Position numbers and translations under genes: made by a program. Shown here in pieces: positions 24,623 to 35,860 of a stretch of 64,000 nt of DNA. Under the pieces are notes generated by a model. The model did not search any database. It was not told the origin of the DNA and was given only the letters and a program-made list of their open reading frames with translations. The stretch's first letter is position 1. Every line of letters starts with the position of its first letter. This stretch comes from Escherichia coli O127:H6 str. E2348/69 (GTDB lineage Bacteria > Pseudomonadota > Gammaproteobacteria > Enterobacterales > Enterobacteriaceae). The stretch lies in assembly GCF_000026545.1 (NCBI RefSeq), contig NC_011601.1; one strand, written 5' to 3'.

Positions 24623-25774
24623 ATGGATTTTTCTTTAACTGAAGAACAAGAACTGCTGCTGGCCAGTATTCGCGAACTGATTACGACTAACTTTCCGGAA
24701 GAGTATTTCCGCACCTGCGATCAAAACGGGACATACCCGCGTGAGTTTATGCGGGCACTGGCGGATAACGGTATTTCCATGCTTGGCGTGCCGGAAGAAT
24801 TTGGTGGTATCCCTGCGGATTACGTCACCCAAATGCTGGCGCTGATGGAAGTGTCAAAATGCGGTGCTCCGGCATTTTTGATTACCAACGGTCAATGTAT
24901 TCACAGTATGCGCCGTTTCGGTTCTGCAGAGCAGCTACGTAAAACGGCAGAGAGCACCCTAGAAACGGGTGATCCCGCCTATGCCCTGGCATTGACGGAG
25001 CCAGGCGCAGGCTCAGACAACAACAGTGCCACTACCACTTACACGCGTAAAAACGGCAAGGTTTACATCAACGGACAGAAAACCTTTATTACCGGTGCGA
25101 AAGAGTATCCATATATGCTGGTGTTGGCGCGCGATCCGCAACCGAAAGATCCGAAAAAGGCCTTTACTCTGTGGTGGGTCGACTCCAGTAAGCCCGGCAT
25201 TAAAATCAATCCACTGCATAAAATCGGCTGGCATATGCTCAGCACCTGCGAAGTCTATCTCGACAACGTGGAAGTTGAAGAGAGCGACATGGTGGGCGAA
25301 GAAGGAATGGGTTTCCTCAATGTGATGTACAACTTTGAGATGGAGCGCCTGATCAACGCCGCGCGCAGCACCGGCTTTGCCGAATGCGCATTCGAAGATG
25401 CCGCCCGCTATGCCAACCAGCGTATCGCTTTTGGTAAGCCCATTGGTCATAACCAGATGATACAGGAAAAACTTGCGCTGATGGCGATTAAGATCGACAA
25501 CATGCGCAACATGGTGTTGAAAGTGGCATGGCAAGCCGATCAGCATCAGTCACTGCGCACCAGCGCGGCGCTGGCAAAACTGTACTGCGCACGTACCGCA
25601 ATGGAAGTCATTGATGATGCGATTCAAATCATGGGCGGTCTGGGCTATACCGATGAGGCGCGCGTCTCCCGCTTCTGGCGTGATGTCCGTTGTGAACGTA
25701 TCGGCGGCGGTACAGACGAAATTATGATTTACGTAGCAGGTCGGCAGATCCTGAAAGATTATCAGAACAAATAA
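24623..25774 (+). CDS. ydiO: Acyl-CoA dehydrogenase family protein YdiO
   Basis: 383-aa product from MDFSLTEEQELL; ORF-track ORF starts 18 codons earlier. Confidence 0.85.
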   Translation: MDFSLTEEQELLLASIRELITTNFPEEYFRTCDQNGTYPREFMRALADNGISMLGVPEEFGGIPADYVTQMLALMEVSKCGAPAFLITNGQCIHSMRRFGSAEQLRKTAESTLETGDPAYALALTEPGAGSDNNSATTTYTRKNGKVYINGQKTFITGAKEYPYMLVLARDPQPKDPKKAFTLWWVDSSKPGIKINPLHKIGWHMLSTCEVYLDNVEVEESDMVGEEGMGFLNVMYNFEMERLINAARSTGFAECAFEDAARYANQRIAFGKPIGHNQMIQEKLALMAIKIDNMRNMVLKVAWQADQHQSLRTSAALAKLYCARTAMEVIDDAIQIMGGLGYTDEARVSRFWRDVRCERIGGGTDEIMIYVAGRQILKDYQNK

Positions 25775-25816
25775 TCTGCAGGCGGCGCAGCTTCTTAACA
25801 AACTGCGCCGCCAGAT

Positions 25817-26728
25817 TTATCCGGCAAGACTTACCGGTTGAGGAAATTCAGATAGGATTTCTTGTTCCGCAAAACAGTTTTTAAATTGCCTGCGGTAATC
25901 GCTGGGCGAACAGCCGACATGGCGCAAAAACAGTTTGGCAAAGTGATCGACATTTTCATAACCCACACGCCAGGAGATCTCTGCCTGTGATAATTCAGTA
26001 TTAGTGAGTGACCATTTCGCTTCCGTCATACGCCGTTGAATAACATAGTTAATAGGGGAAATACGATACTCTTTGGTAAATTCATGGCAGATATAACTGA
26101 CGCTGGCACGAAATTTTTTCGATAACTGCTCTAAAGTGATTTTTTCGCGATAGTTATTATTCAGATAGAAAAGAATATCTTTTATCAGAACATCTTTTTT
26201 AATATACCCCTGCTCCGAACGATAAGCATTTTTAAAGTTTTCGTAGTAAAGAATTGCTAACGTATAGGCAAATGCGTCCCATAACGAAGATGTTTGGCTA
26301 TTTTTACTTTGCGGCAAAATCACACTTAGCTCATTAAATAAGGTTTTAATGACTTCTTTTCCCTGCCCTGCGGCAATTACCGGGCAAGAATGCGGTTGCA
26401 GTAGCTGATTTTCCTCAGCCCCCTGAAACTGAAAGCCGTACAGCGCACAGGTACACGTCGTTGCCGGATCGTTAACGTCAGAGGCCACCGCATGCAGCCT
26501 GCCACGTTCTATCACCACAATGTCATCGGCATGCGCGACATATAACGAAGAATCGATGGTAAACCTTGCTACCCCTTTCTTGACGTAAATCAGCTCGGTT
26601 TCATTGTCATGAACGTGATGTCCAGACTCCCATTTTGGATCATCGCTAAATGCGAAACGTGAAAGCCGTGGCGTTTTACCGGCGACAAACAGCGTTTCAC
26701 TGGCATTATCAAAACAGCGTTGATACAT
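25817..26728 (-). CDS. ydiP: AraC-family transcriptional regulator YdiP
   Basis: 303-aa ORF with cupin-like N-terminus and C-terminal AraC HTH. Confidence 0.8.
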   Translation of the reverse strand: MYQRCFDNASETLFVAGKTPRLSRFAFSDDPKWESGHHVHDNETELIYVKKGVARFTIDSSLYVAHADDIVVIERGRLHAVASDVNDPATTCTCALYGFQFQGAEENQLLQPHSCPVIAAGQGKEVIKTLFNELSVILPQSKNSQTSSLWDAFAYTLAILYYENFKNAYRSEQGYIKKDVLIKDILFYLNNNYREKITLEQLSKKFRASVSYICHEFTKEYRISPINYVIQRRMTEAKWSLTNTELSQAEISWRVGYENVDHFAKLFLRHVGCSPSDYRRQFKNCFAEQEILSEFPQPVSLAG

Positions 26729-27043
26729 GACAACCTCCCTATTCCATGAGCAAACAAAAACAATATATGCCGGATAAAATACGGCGTGTATTGCGGTTAT
26801 ACAACCGCGTTTAGCGAGAGCTAAACAAGATTATTTACACTGAATGCAAGATTGCACGGTCATGGAATAACTATATTGCCGCAAATTGCACTTTTGTTTT
26901 AGCGATCGCATTTTTTTTGCAAGATTGTTGGCAAGGAAAACAGCTTGCTCCGTCGAAAACCCCGCACCGCTATCGCACACTATTTTCAGGCCATTTTTAC
27001 CTTCCATCGGAGATGGTTCCGTATGCGACTCACAGGAGAAATC

Positions 27044-27808
27044 ATGAAAATAATAACCTGCTTTAAGCTGGTGCCTGAAGAACAGGACATTGTTGTCACT
27101 CCAGAATACACCCTGAATTTCGACAATGCCGACGCCAAAATCAGCCAGTTCGATCTCAATGCCATTGAAGCTGCAAGCCAGCTTGCAACAGATGACGATG
27201 AGATAGCCGCGTTGACCGTCGGCGGCTCTTTGTTGCAGAACTCGAAAGTGCGCAAAGACGTGCTATCCCGCGGGCCGCACAGCCTGTATATGGTGCAGAA
27301 TGCACAACTTGAGCATGCACTGCCTCTCGATACCGCAAAGGCGCTGGCGACAGCAGTTGAAAAGATCGGCTTCGATTTACTGATCTTTGGTGAAGGTTCC
27401 GGCGACCTTTATGCCCAGCAGGTTGGCTTGCTGGTCGGAGAAATTCTGCAACTTCCGGTGATTAATGCAGTGAGTGCCATTCAGCGTCAGGGCAATACAC
27501 TGGTGATTGAACGCACGCTTGAAGATGATGTTGAAGTTATTGAACTCTCTGTTCCAGCCGTGCTCTGCGTCACCTCCGATATTAACGTACCACGTATTCC
27601 TTCGATGAAAGCCATCCTCGGCGCGGGTAAAAAACCGGTAAATCAGTGGCAGGCAAGTGATATTGGCTGGAGCCAGAGCGCACCACTTGCTGAACTGACC
27701 GGTATTCGCGTACCGCCGCAAACAGAACGTAAGCACATCATTCTCGATAACGATTCGCCGGAGGCCATTGCCGAGCTGGCGGAACATCTGAAAAAAGCCC
27801 TGAACTGA
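27044..27808 (+). CDS. ydiQ: Electron-transfer flavoprotein beta-subunit-like YdiQ
   Basis: 254-aa product from MKIITCFKLVPEEQD. Confidence 0.85.
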   Translation: MKIITCFKLVPEEQDIVVTPEYTLNFDNADAKISQFDLNAIEAASQLATDDDEIAALTVGGSLLQNSKVRKDVLSRGPHSLYMVQNAQLEHALPLDTAKALATAVEKIGFDLLIFGEGSGDLYAQQVGLLVGEILQLPVINAVSAIQRQGNTLVIERTLEDDVEVIELSVPAVLCVTSDINVPRIPSMKAILGAGKKPVNQWQASDIGWSQSAPLAELTGIRVPPQTERKHIILDNDSPEAIAELAEHLKKALN

Positions 27809-27827
27809 AGCCTACGGAGAAGAAACG

Positions 27828-28766
27828 ATGAGTCAATTAAACAGCGTCTGGGTCTTTAGCGATAATCCTGAACGTTATGCTGAACTGTTTGGCGGCGCTC
27901 AGCAATGGGGCCAACAGGTGTATGCCATTGTACAAAATACCGACCAGGCGCAGACAGTTATGCCTTATGGGCCAAAATGCATTTATGTTCTTGAGCAAAA
28001 CGACGCGCTGCAACGTACTGAAAATTACGCCGAAAGCATTGCTGCCCTGCTGAAAGATAAACACCCCGCTATGTTGCTATTGGCCGCGACGAAACGTGGT
28101 AAAGCTCTGGCAGCACGGTTAAGTGTGCAACTGAATGCGGCGCTGGTGAACGATGCCACGGCGGTGGATATTGTCGATGGTCACATTTGCGCCGAACACC
28201 GGATGTATGGCGGGTTAGCGTTCGCTCAGGAAAAGATCAACAGCCCGCTGGCGATCATTGCCCTTGCGCCCGGTGTTCAGGAACCGTGCACCCGTGATAT
28301 CTCTCATCAGTGCCCGACAGAAACGGTACCTTATGTTGCCCCGCGTCATGAAATTCTCTGTCGCGAACGCCGTGCGAAAGCGGCAAGCAGCGTGGACCTG
28401 AGCAAAGCAAAACGTGTGGTTGGCGTCGGTCGTGGTCTGGCGGCGCAGGATGACCTGAAAATGGTCCACGAACTGGCGGCAGTGCTGAATGCTGAAGTTG
28501 GCTGTTCACGTCCAATTGCCGAAGGCGAGAACTGGATGGAGCGTGAACGTTATATCGGTGTCTCCGGTGTGTTGCTGAAATCCGATCTCTACCTGACGCT
28601 GGGGATCTCCGGGCAGATCCAGCATATGGTTGGCGGCAACGGCGCAAAAGTGATTGTCGCCATTAATAAAGATAAAAATGCGCCAATCTTCAACTATGCC
28701 GACTACGGTCTGGTGGGCGATATCTACAAAGTCGTCCCTGCCCTGATTAGCCAGTTGAGTCGCTAA
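27828..28766 (+). CDS. ydiR: Electron-transfer flavoprotein alpha-subunit-like YdiR
   Basis: 312-aa ORF. Confidence 0.85.
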   Translation: MSQLNSVWVFSDNPERYAELFGGAQQWGQQVYAIVQNTDQAQTVMPYGPKCIYVLEQNDALQRTENYAESIAALLKDKHPAMLLLAATKRGKALAARLSVQLNAALVNDATAVDIVDGHICAEHRMYGGLAFAQEKINSPLAIIALAPGVQEPCTRDISHQCPTETVPYVAPRHEILCRERRAKAASSVDLSKAKRVVGVGRGLAAQDDLKMVHELAAVLNAEVGCSRPIAEGENWMERERYIGVSGVLLKSDLYLTLGISGQIQHMVGGNGAKVIVAINKDKNAPIFNYADYGLVGDIYKVVPALISQLSR

Positions 28767-28820
28767 TTCCCTTTCAACCACATCTCCCGCTGTAAACGCA
28801 GCGGGAAGGGAGCATAACGC

Positions 28821-30110
28821 ATGTCGGATGACAAATTTGATGCCATTGTGGTCGGTGCGGGCGTTGCCGGTAGCGTTGCCGCACTGGTCATGGCGCGAGC
28901 CGGGCTGGATGTCCTGGTGATAGAACGCGGCGACAGTGCCGGATGTAAAAACATGACCGGCGGGCGTCTTTATGCCCACACACTCGAAGCAATTATTCCA
29001 GGCTTTGCAGCATCAGCGCCGATAGAACGCAAGGTCACACGCGAGAAAATCTCCTTCTTAACCGAAGAAAGCGCCGTTACCCTCGATTTTCACCGCGAGC
29101 AACCAGATGTTCCGCAACACGCGTCTTATACCGTATTGCGTAATCGTCTGGACCCGTGGTTGATGGAACAAGCCGAGCAGGCGGGCGCGCAGTTTATCCC
29201 GGGCGTACGCGTCGATGCACTGGTTCGTGAAGGAAACAAGGTCACTGGCGTCCAGGCCGGGGATGATATTCTCGAAGCGAATGTGGTGATTCTGGCTGAT
29301 GGCGTTAACTCGATGCTTGGCCGCTCGCTGGGAATGGTTTCCGCTTCCGATCCGCATCATTACGCTGTTGGTGTTAAAGAGGTTATAGGCCTGACACCAG
29401 AACAGATCAACGATCGCTTTAATGTTACGGGCGAGGAAGGTGCCGCCTGGCTGTTTGCCGGTTCCCCTTCTGACGGCCTGATGGGCGGCGGATTCCTCTA
29501 TACCAACAAGGATTCCGTATCGTTGGGGCTGGTTTGTGGATTGGGTGATATCGCCCATGCGCAAAAAAGCGTGCCGCAAATGCTGGAAGATTTTAAACAA
29601 CACCCCGCCATTCGCCCGCTGATTAGCGGCGGCAAACTGCTTGAATATTCCGCGCATATGGTGCCGGAGGGCGGTCTGGCAATGGTGCCGCAGCTGGTTA
29701 ACGATGGCGTGATGATCGTTGGTGACGCCGCAGGCTTCTGCCTGAATTTGGGTTTTACAGTTCGCGGCATGGATTTAGCCATTGCATCAGCTCAGGCTGC
29801 CGCCACAACGGTGATCGCCGCCAAAGAACGCGCGGATTTCTCCGCCAGCAGTCTGGCGCAATACAAACGTGAGCTGGAACAAAGTTGTGTTATGCGCGAT
29901 ATGCAGCATTTCCGCAAGATCCCGGCGCTGATGGAAAACCCGCGCCTGTTTAGCCAATACCCACGAATGGTCGCCGACATCATGAACGATATGTTCACCA
30001 TTGACGGCAAACCAAACCAGCCGGTACGCAAAATGATCATGGGACACGCGAAGAAAATTGGGCTGATCAACTTGCTGAAAGATGGCATTAAGGGAGCAAC
30101 CGCGCTATGA
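28821..30110 (+). CDS. ydiS: FAD-dependent oxidoreductase (FixC/ETF-QO-like) YdiS
   Basis: 429-aa ORF with N-terminal GAGVAG dinucleotide-binding motif. Confidence 0.85.
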   Translation: MSDDKFDAIVVGAGVAGSVAALVMARAGLDVLVIERGDSAGCKNMTGGRLYAHTLEAIIPGFAASAPIERKVTREKISFLTEESAVTLDFHREQPDVPQHASYTVLRNRLDPWLMEQAEQAGAQFIPGVRVDALVREGNKVTGVQAGDDILEANVVILADGVNSMLGRSLGMVSASDPHHYAVGVKEVIGLTPEQINDRFNVTGEEGAAWLFAGSPSDGLMGGGFLYTNKDSVSLGLVCGLGDIAHAQKSVPQMLEDFKQHPAIRPLISGGKLLEYSAHMVPEGGLAMVPQLVNDGVMIVGDAAGFCLNLGFTVRGMDLAIASAQAAATTVIAAKERADFSASSLAQYKRELEQSCVMRDMQHFRKIPALMENPRLFSQYPRMVADIMNDMFTIDGKPNQPVRKMIMGHAKKIGLINLLKDGIKGATAL

Positions 30111-30400
30111 GCCAGAACGCTACGGTTAACGTCGACATCAAATTAGGCGTCAATAAATTCCATGTTGATGAGGGCCACCCGCATATCATTTTGGCGGCAA
30201 ATCCCGATATCAATGAATTCCGTAAATTAATGAAAGCTTGCCCTGCCGGACTTTATAAGCAGGATGACGCAGGAAACATTCATTTCGATTCCGCCGGTTG
30301 TCTGGAGTGCGGCACCTGTCGGGTGCTGTGCGGCAACACTATTCTCGAACAGTGGCAATATCCCGCAGGCACCTTCGGTATTGAATTTCGCTACGGCTAA
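30107..30400 (+). CDS. ydiT: Ferredoxin-like protein (FixX-like) YdiT
   Basis: 97-aa ORF with CxxCxxC motif, overlaps ydiS stop. Confidence 0.85.
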   Translation: MSQNATVNVDIKLGVNKFHVDEGHPHIILAANPDINEFRKLMKACPAGLYKQDDAGNIHFDSAGCLECGTCRVLCGNTILEQWQYPAGTFGIEFRYG

Positions 30401-30456
30401 TCATGCATCCCACAGGCCCGCATCTCGGGCCTGATGTTCTGTTTCGAGAGTCCAAA

Positions 30457-32103
30457 ATGAAAGTGACATTAACGTTCAACGAACAACGTCGTGCGGCGTA
30501 TCGTCAGCAAGGGTTATGGGGCGATGCTTCGCTGGCCGATTACTGGCAGCAGACCGCTCGTGCGATGCCAGACAAAATTGCCGTGGTCGATAATCATGGT
30601 GCAACGTACACCTATAGCGCGCTCGATCACGCCGCGAGCTGTCTGGCAAACTGGATGTTAGCGAAGGGTATTGAATCAGGCGATCGCATCGCATTTCAAC
30701 TGCCAGGCTGGTGTGAATTTACCGTTATCTATCTTGCCTGCCTGAAAACCGGTGCGGTTTCCGTGCCGCTGTTACCTTCCTGGCGGGAAGCAGAACTGGT
30801 GTGGGTGCTCAATAAGTGTCAGGCAAAAATGTTCTTTGCACCGACGTTGTTTAAACAAACGCGTCCAGTAGATTTAATCCTGCCGCTGCAAAATCAGCTT
30901 CCACAACTACAACAAATTGTCGGCGTGGACAAACTGTCTCCCGCCACCTCTTCCCTCTCATTAAGTCAGATTCTCGCCGACAATACCCCTCTGACCACGG
31001 CGATAACGACCCACGGCGATGAATTAGCCGCTGTGCTATTTACCTCCGGAACCGAGGGTCTGCCAAAGGGCGTGATGCTAACGCATAACAATATTCTCGC
31101 CAGTGAGCGGGCTTATTGCGCGCGGCTAAATCTGACCTGGCAGGATGTCTTTATGATGCCTGCGCCACTTGGTCACGCAACGGGCTTTCTGCATGGCGTA
31201 ACAGCACCTTTTTTGATTGGTGCTCGCAGCGTGTTGTTAGATATTTTCACTCCTGATGCGTGTCTCGCGCTGCTTGAGCAGCAGCGTTGCACCTGTATGC
31301 TCGGCGCAACGCCGTTTGTCTATGATCTTTTGAATTTACTAGAGAAACAACCCGCAGACCTTTCAGCGCTGCGCTTCTTTCTTTGCGGAGGTACCACAAT
31401 CCCCAAAAAAGTGGCGCGAGAATGCCAGCAGCGCGGCATTAAATTATTAAGTGTTTATGGTTCCACAGAAAGTTCGCCGCATGCGGTGGTGAATCTCGAC
31501 GATCCTTTGCCGCGCTTTATGCACACCGACGGTTACGCTGCCGCAGGTGTAGAGATTAAAGTGGTCGATGACGCACGCAAGACTTTACCGCCAGGTTGCG
31601 AAGGTGAAGAAGCCTCGCGTGGCCCCAATGTGTTTATGGGGTATTTTGATGAACCTGAATTAACCGCCCGTGCGCTGGATGAAGAAGGCTGGTATTACAG
31701 CGGCGATCTCTGCCGCATGGATGAGGCTGGCTATATAAAAATAACCGGGCGCAAGAAAGATATTATTGTCCGCGGCGGCGAAAATATTAGCAGCCGTGAA
31801 GTAGAAGATATTTTATTGCAGCATCCTAAAATTCACGATGCCTGTGTGGTTGCGATGCCCGATGAACGTTTAGGTGAACGTTCATGCGCTTATGTCGTGC
31901 TGAAAGCGCCGCATCATTCATTATCGCTGGAAGAGGTGGTGGCTTTTTTTAGCCGTAAACGGGTCGCAAAATATAAATATCCTGAACATATCGTGGTAAT
32001 CGAAAAACTACCGCGCACTGTCTCAGGTAAAATACAAAAGTTTTTGTTAAGGAAAGATATTATGCGGCGATTAACTCAGGATGTCTGTGAAGAGATTGAA
32101 TAA
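30457..32103 (+). CDS. fadK: Short-chain acyl-CoA synthetase
   Basis: 548-aa AMP-binding enzyme from MKVTLTFNEQRR; ORF-track ORF starts upstream. Confidence 0.85.
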   Translation: MKVTLTFNEQRRAAYRQQGLWGDASLADYWQQTARAMPDKIAVVDNHGATYTYSALDHAASCLANWMLAKGIESGDRIAFQLPGWCEFTVIYLACLKTGAVSVPLLPSWREAELVWVLNKCQAKMFFAPTLFKQTRPVDLILPLQNQLPQLQQIVGVDKLSPATSSLSLSQILADNTPLTTAITTHGDELAAVLFTSGTEGLPKGVMLTHNNILASERAYCARLNLTWQDVFMMPAPLGHATGFLHGVTAPFLIGARSVLLDIFTPDACLALLEQQRCTCMLGATPFVYDLLNLLEKQPADLSALRFFLCGGTTIPKKVARECQQRGIKLLSVYGSTESSPHAVVNLDDPLPRFMHTDGYAAAGVEIKVVDDARKTLPPGCEGEEASRGPNVFMGYFDEPELTARALDEEGWYYSGDLCRMDEAGYIKITGRKKDIIVRGGENISSREVEDILLQHPKIHDACVVAMPDERLGERSCAYVVLKAPHHSLSLEEVVAFFSRKRVAKYKYPEHIVVIEKLPRTVSGKIQKFLLRKDIMRRLTQDVCEEIE

Positions 32104-32127
32104 GTTTCATCTTCGGGGATCACATAA

Positions 32128-32165
32128 ACCCGGCGACAAAACGCCGCCGGGTATTTATTTTATTT
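32128..32165. terminator. Terminator hairpin between convergent fadK and ppsA
   Basis: acccggcg-N8-cgccgggt stem followed by T-rich tract. Confidence 0.6.
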
Positions 32166-34538
32166 CTTCAGTTCAGCCAGGCTTAACCAGGTTTGCACCA
32201 CGGTGTCCGGGTTCAGAGACAGGCTATCGATCCCCTCTTCCATCAACCATGCAGCAAAGTCTTCGTGGTCGGATGGACCCTGACCGCAAATCCCGACATA
32301 TTTGCCCTGTTTCTTCGCGGCACGAATCGCCATCGACAGCAGTGCTTTCACCGCATCGTTGCGCTCATCGAACAGTTCAGACACCACGCCGGAGTCACGA
32401 TCCAGACCGAGCGCCAGCTGCGTCATGTCGTTTGAGCCAATTGAGAAGCCGTCGAAATATTCCAGGAACTGCTCTGCCAGCAAGGCGTTGGACGGAATTT
32501 CACACATCATGATGATTTTCAGCCCGTTCTCGCCACGTTTCAGCCCCTGACGCGCCAGTTCCTCAACCACCGCTTTCGCCTGATCAACGGTACGCACGAA
32601 CGGGATCATGATCTCAACGTTAGTCAGCCCCATGTCGTTGCGCACACGTTTCACTGCTTCACACTCCAGCGCGAAGCAGTCGCGGAAGCTGTCGGAAACA
32701 TAGCGGCCCGCGCCACGGAAGCCGAGCATCGGGTTCTCTTCATCTGGCTCGTAACGCTCACCACCGACCAGATTGGCATATTCGTTCGATTTAAAATCAG
32801 AGAGACGGACAATGACGCGCTTCGGATAAAACGCGGCACCCAGCGTCGCGATCCCTTCAGTCAAACGCCCAACGTAAAATTCACGCGGAGAATCAAAACC
32901 TTTCATCATCTCGCGGATTTCGTTTTGCAACTGCGGTTCCTGATCGTCAAACTCAAGCAGTGCGCGTGGGTGGACGCCAATCATACGGTTGATGATAAAT
33001 TCCAGACGCGCAAGGCCCACGCCTTCGTTCGGCAGGCAGGCGAAGTCGAAAGCACGGTCCGGATTACCGACGTTCATCATCACCTTCAACGGCAGGTCCG
33101 GCATCGTTTCTACGCTGGAGCTTTTCACGCTAAATTCCAGCAACTCCGCATAGACGTAACCGGTATCACCTTCGGCACAAGAAACAGTGACGTTCTCGCC
33201 GTCTTTCATCCGTTCTGTTGCATCACCACAGCCCACTACCGCCGGAATGCCGAGTTCACGAGCGATGATCGCCGCGTGACAGGTACGACCGCCACGATTG
33301 GTGACGATGGCAGATGCTTTCTTCATGATCGGTTCCCAGTCCGGGTCGGTCATGTCAGTAACCAGCACGTCGCCAGGTTCGATGCGGTTCATTTCGCTGA
33401 TGTCATGGATGACTTTCACCGGACCCGCGCCGATGCGATGACCGATAGCACGGCCTTCGGCGATAATCTTACCCTGTGAATGCAGCGTATAACGCTCCAT
33501 GACCTGACCGCGTGAGCGCACGGTTTCCGGACGCGCCTGCACAATGAACAGTTTGCCGGTGTGGCCATCTTTCGCCCACTCAATATCCATCGGGCGACCG
33601 TAGTGTTTCTCAATTTGTACGGCCTGTTTTGCCAGTTCCTGCACTTCTTCGTTGGTCAGCGAGAAGATGTCACGCTGTTCCTGCGGTACGTCTTCGATTT
33701 TAACCTGCTTGCCGTGCTCCTGGGTCGGCGCGTAAACCATGCGGATTTTTTTCGACCCCATGGTGCGGCGCACGATAGCCGGGCGATTCGCCGCAAGTGT
33801 CGGTTTATGCACATAAAACTCATCCGGGTTAACCGCACCCTGCACGACCATTTCACCAAGGCCCCATGCGGAAGTGATAAACACCACCTGGTCAAAGCCG
33901 GATTCGGTATCAATGGAGAACATCACGCCAGAAGATGCGAGGTCGGAGCGCACCATCCGCTGAACACCGGCGGAGAGCGCTACGCCACGATGGTCGTAAC
34001 CCTGGTGCACACGATAAGAGATGGCGCGATCGTTAAACAGAGAAGCAAATACATGCTTCACTGCCACGAGAACGGCGTCAAAACCCTGAACGTTGAGGAA
34101 AGTTTCCTGCTGACCGGCAAAAGAAGCGTCCGGCATATCTTCTGCAGTAGCGGAGGAACGCACCGCAAACGAAGCGTTTTCGTCATCGGCGGAAAGCTGT
34201 GCATAGGCTTCGCGGATGGCGTTTTCCAGCTCAGGCTGGAAGGGAGTGTCGATAATCCACTGGCGGATTTGCGCGCCCGCTTTCGCAAGCTGGGTAACAT
34301 CGTCAATATCCGTTTTATCCAGCAGTTCATAAATGCGCTGGTTTACGCCGCTTTGGTCCAGAAACTGGTTAAACGCGTCGGCGGTTGTGGCGAAACCATT
34401 CGGAACGGAAACACCCATTCCGGAAAGGTTAGTAATCATTTCACCCAGGGAGGCATTTTTGCCCCCAACCCTGTCTACATCATTCATGCCGAGTTGGTTA
34501 TACCAAAGCACCAGCGGTGACGAGCCATTGTTGGACAT
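32160..34538 (-). CDS. ppsA: Phosphoenolpyruvate synthase
   Basis: 792-aa ORF with PEP-utilizing and pyruvate phosphate dikinase-like domains. Confidence 0.95.
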   Translation of the reverse strand: MSNNGSSPLVLWYNQLGMNDVDRVGGKNASLGEMITNLSGMGVSVPNGFATTADAFNQFLDQSGVNQRIYELLDKTDIDDVTQLAKAGAQIRQWIIDTPFQPELENAIREAYAQLSADDENASFAVRSSATAEDMPDASFAGQQETFLNVQGFDAVLVAVKHVFASLFNDRAISYRVHQGYDHRGVALSAGVQRMVRSDLASSGVMFSIDTESGFDQVVFITSAWGLGEMVVQGAVNPDEFYVHKPTLAANRPAIVRRTMGSKKIRMVYAPTQEHGKQVKIEDVPQEQRDIFSLTNEEVQELAKQAVQIEKHYGRPMDIEWAKDGHTGKLFIVQARPETVRSRGQVMERYTLHSQGKIIAEGRAIGHRIGAGPVKVIHDISEMNRIEPGDVLVTDMTDPDWEPIMKKASAIVTNRGGRTCHAAIIARELGIPAVVGCGDATERMKDGENVTVSCAEGDTGYVYAELLEFSVKSSSVETMPDLPLKVMMNVGNPDRAFDFACLPNEGVGLARLEFIINRMIGVHPRALLEFDDQEPQLQNEIREMMKGFDSPREFYVGRLTEGIATLGAAFYPKRVIVRLSDFKSNEYANLVGGERYEPDEENPMLGFRGAGRYVSDSFRDCFALECEAVKRVRNDMGLTNVEIMIPFVRTVDQAKAVVEELARQGLKRGENGLKIIMMCEIPSNALLAEQFLEYFDGFSIGSNDMTQLALGLDRDSGVVSELFDERNDAVKALLSMAIRAAKKQGKYVGICGQGPSDHEDFAAWLMEEGIDSLSLNPDTVVQTWLSLAELKK

Positions 34539-34624
34539 CGAACAATCCTTTTGTGATAAATGAACGGTTTGAGAAACACATTTCTGCGCATTTATCTTTG
34601 CATATTTAACCGGATGAAAAAAAC

Positions 34625-34640
34625 GGTGAATCGTTCAAGC
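34625..34640. promoter_or_regulatory. Cra (FruR)-like site in ppsA promoter
   Basis: ggtgaatcgttcaagc resembles Cra consensus, ~90 bp upstream of ppsA start; ppsA is a known Cra-activated gene. Confidence 0.45.
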
Positions 34641-34870
34641 AAATATATTTTTTTACTTTTTAAGACTGATCCCAGCGTTGCGCAAATCTGCTCTCTTCGA
34701 CAATTTCCACATAAACCATCGGTATAAACGAAACCATAAAAATGAAATACTGTTTTCATAAAAAATAAAATTTAAGTTTCATTTTATAAACCAGACATAA
34801 CGTTCTACGCTTCTGTGCGTTTTTAATTTATGCTTTCATAGAATTATGTCTGCATCACGGGAAGAACAAA

Positions 34871-35704
34871 ATGGATAATGCTGTTGATCGCCACGTTTTT
34901 TATATTTCTGATGGTACGGCAATAACTGCGGAGGTATTAGGACACGCAGTAATGTCACAATTTCCCGTCACTATCAGCAGCATTACGCTGCCGTTTGTCG
35001 AAAATGAGAGCCGTGCACGGGCAGTGAAGGATCAGATTGACGCAATTTATCACCAGACAGGTGTGCGCCCGCTGGTCTTCTACTCCATCGTGTTGCCGGA
35101 GATTCGCGCTATCATCTTGCAAAGTGAAGGCTTTTGCCAGGATATCGTTCAGGCGCTGGTTGCCCCGCTACAACAAGAGATGAAACTGGATCCAACGCCG
35201 ATTGCTCATCGTACCCATGGCCTTAACCCTAATAATCTCAATAAATATGATGCGCGCATTGCGGCGATTGATTACACCCTTGCCCACGATGACGGTATTT
35301 CGTTGCGCAATCTGGACCAGGCTCAGGTGATCCTGCTCGGTGTTTCTCGCTGTGGTAAAACCCCCACCAGTCTGTATCTGGCAATGCAATTTGGTATCCG
35401 CGCGGCAAATTACCCCTTTATTGCCGACGATATGGATAATCTGGTGCTACCCGCGTCGCTCAAACCGCTTCAGCACAAATTGTTCGGCCTGACTATCGAC
35501 CCGGAACGTCTGGCGGCGATTCGCGAGGAACGTCGGGAGAACAGTCGCTATGCCTCGCTTCGTCAGTGCAGGATGGAAGTCGCGGAAGTGGAAGCGTTGT
35601 ACCGTAAAAATCAGATCCCGTGGATTAACAGTACCAATTATTCGGTAGAAGAGATTGCCACCAAGATCCTCGATATCATGGGCCTTAGCCGCCGAATGTA
35701 CTAG
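34871..35704 (+). CDS. ppsR: PEP synthase regulatory protein (kinase/pyrophosphorylase)
   Basis: 277-aa ORF with GVSRCGKT P-loop; divergent from ppsA. Confidence 0.9.
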
Positions 35705-35717
35705 AGAACTAGTGCAT
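35698..35717. promoter_or_regulatory. TrpR operator of aroH
   Basis: gtactagagaactagtgcat matches Trp-repressor operator half-sites (GTACTAG..CTAGT) immediately upstream of aroH promoter. Confidence 0.6.
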
Positions 35718-35860
35718 TGGCTTGTTTTTTTGTTATCATGCTAACCACCCGGCGAGGTGTGACACACCTCGCACTTGAAATCAGCTGCGATTGGTTTATC
35801 GTGATGCGCATCACTTCCCGGTAGTCCTGCCGTAGAAGCAACAAATTTCTGAGACTTGTA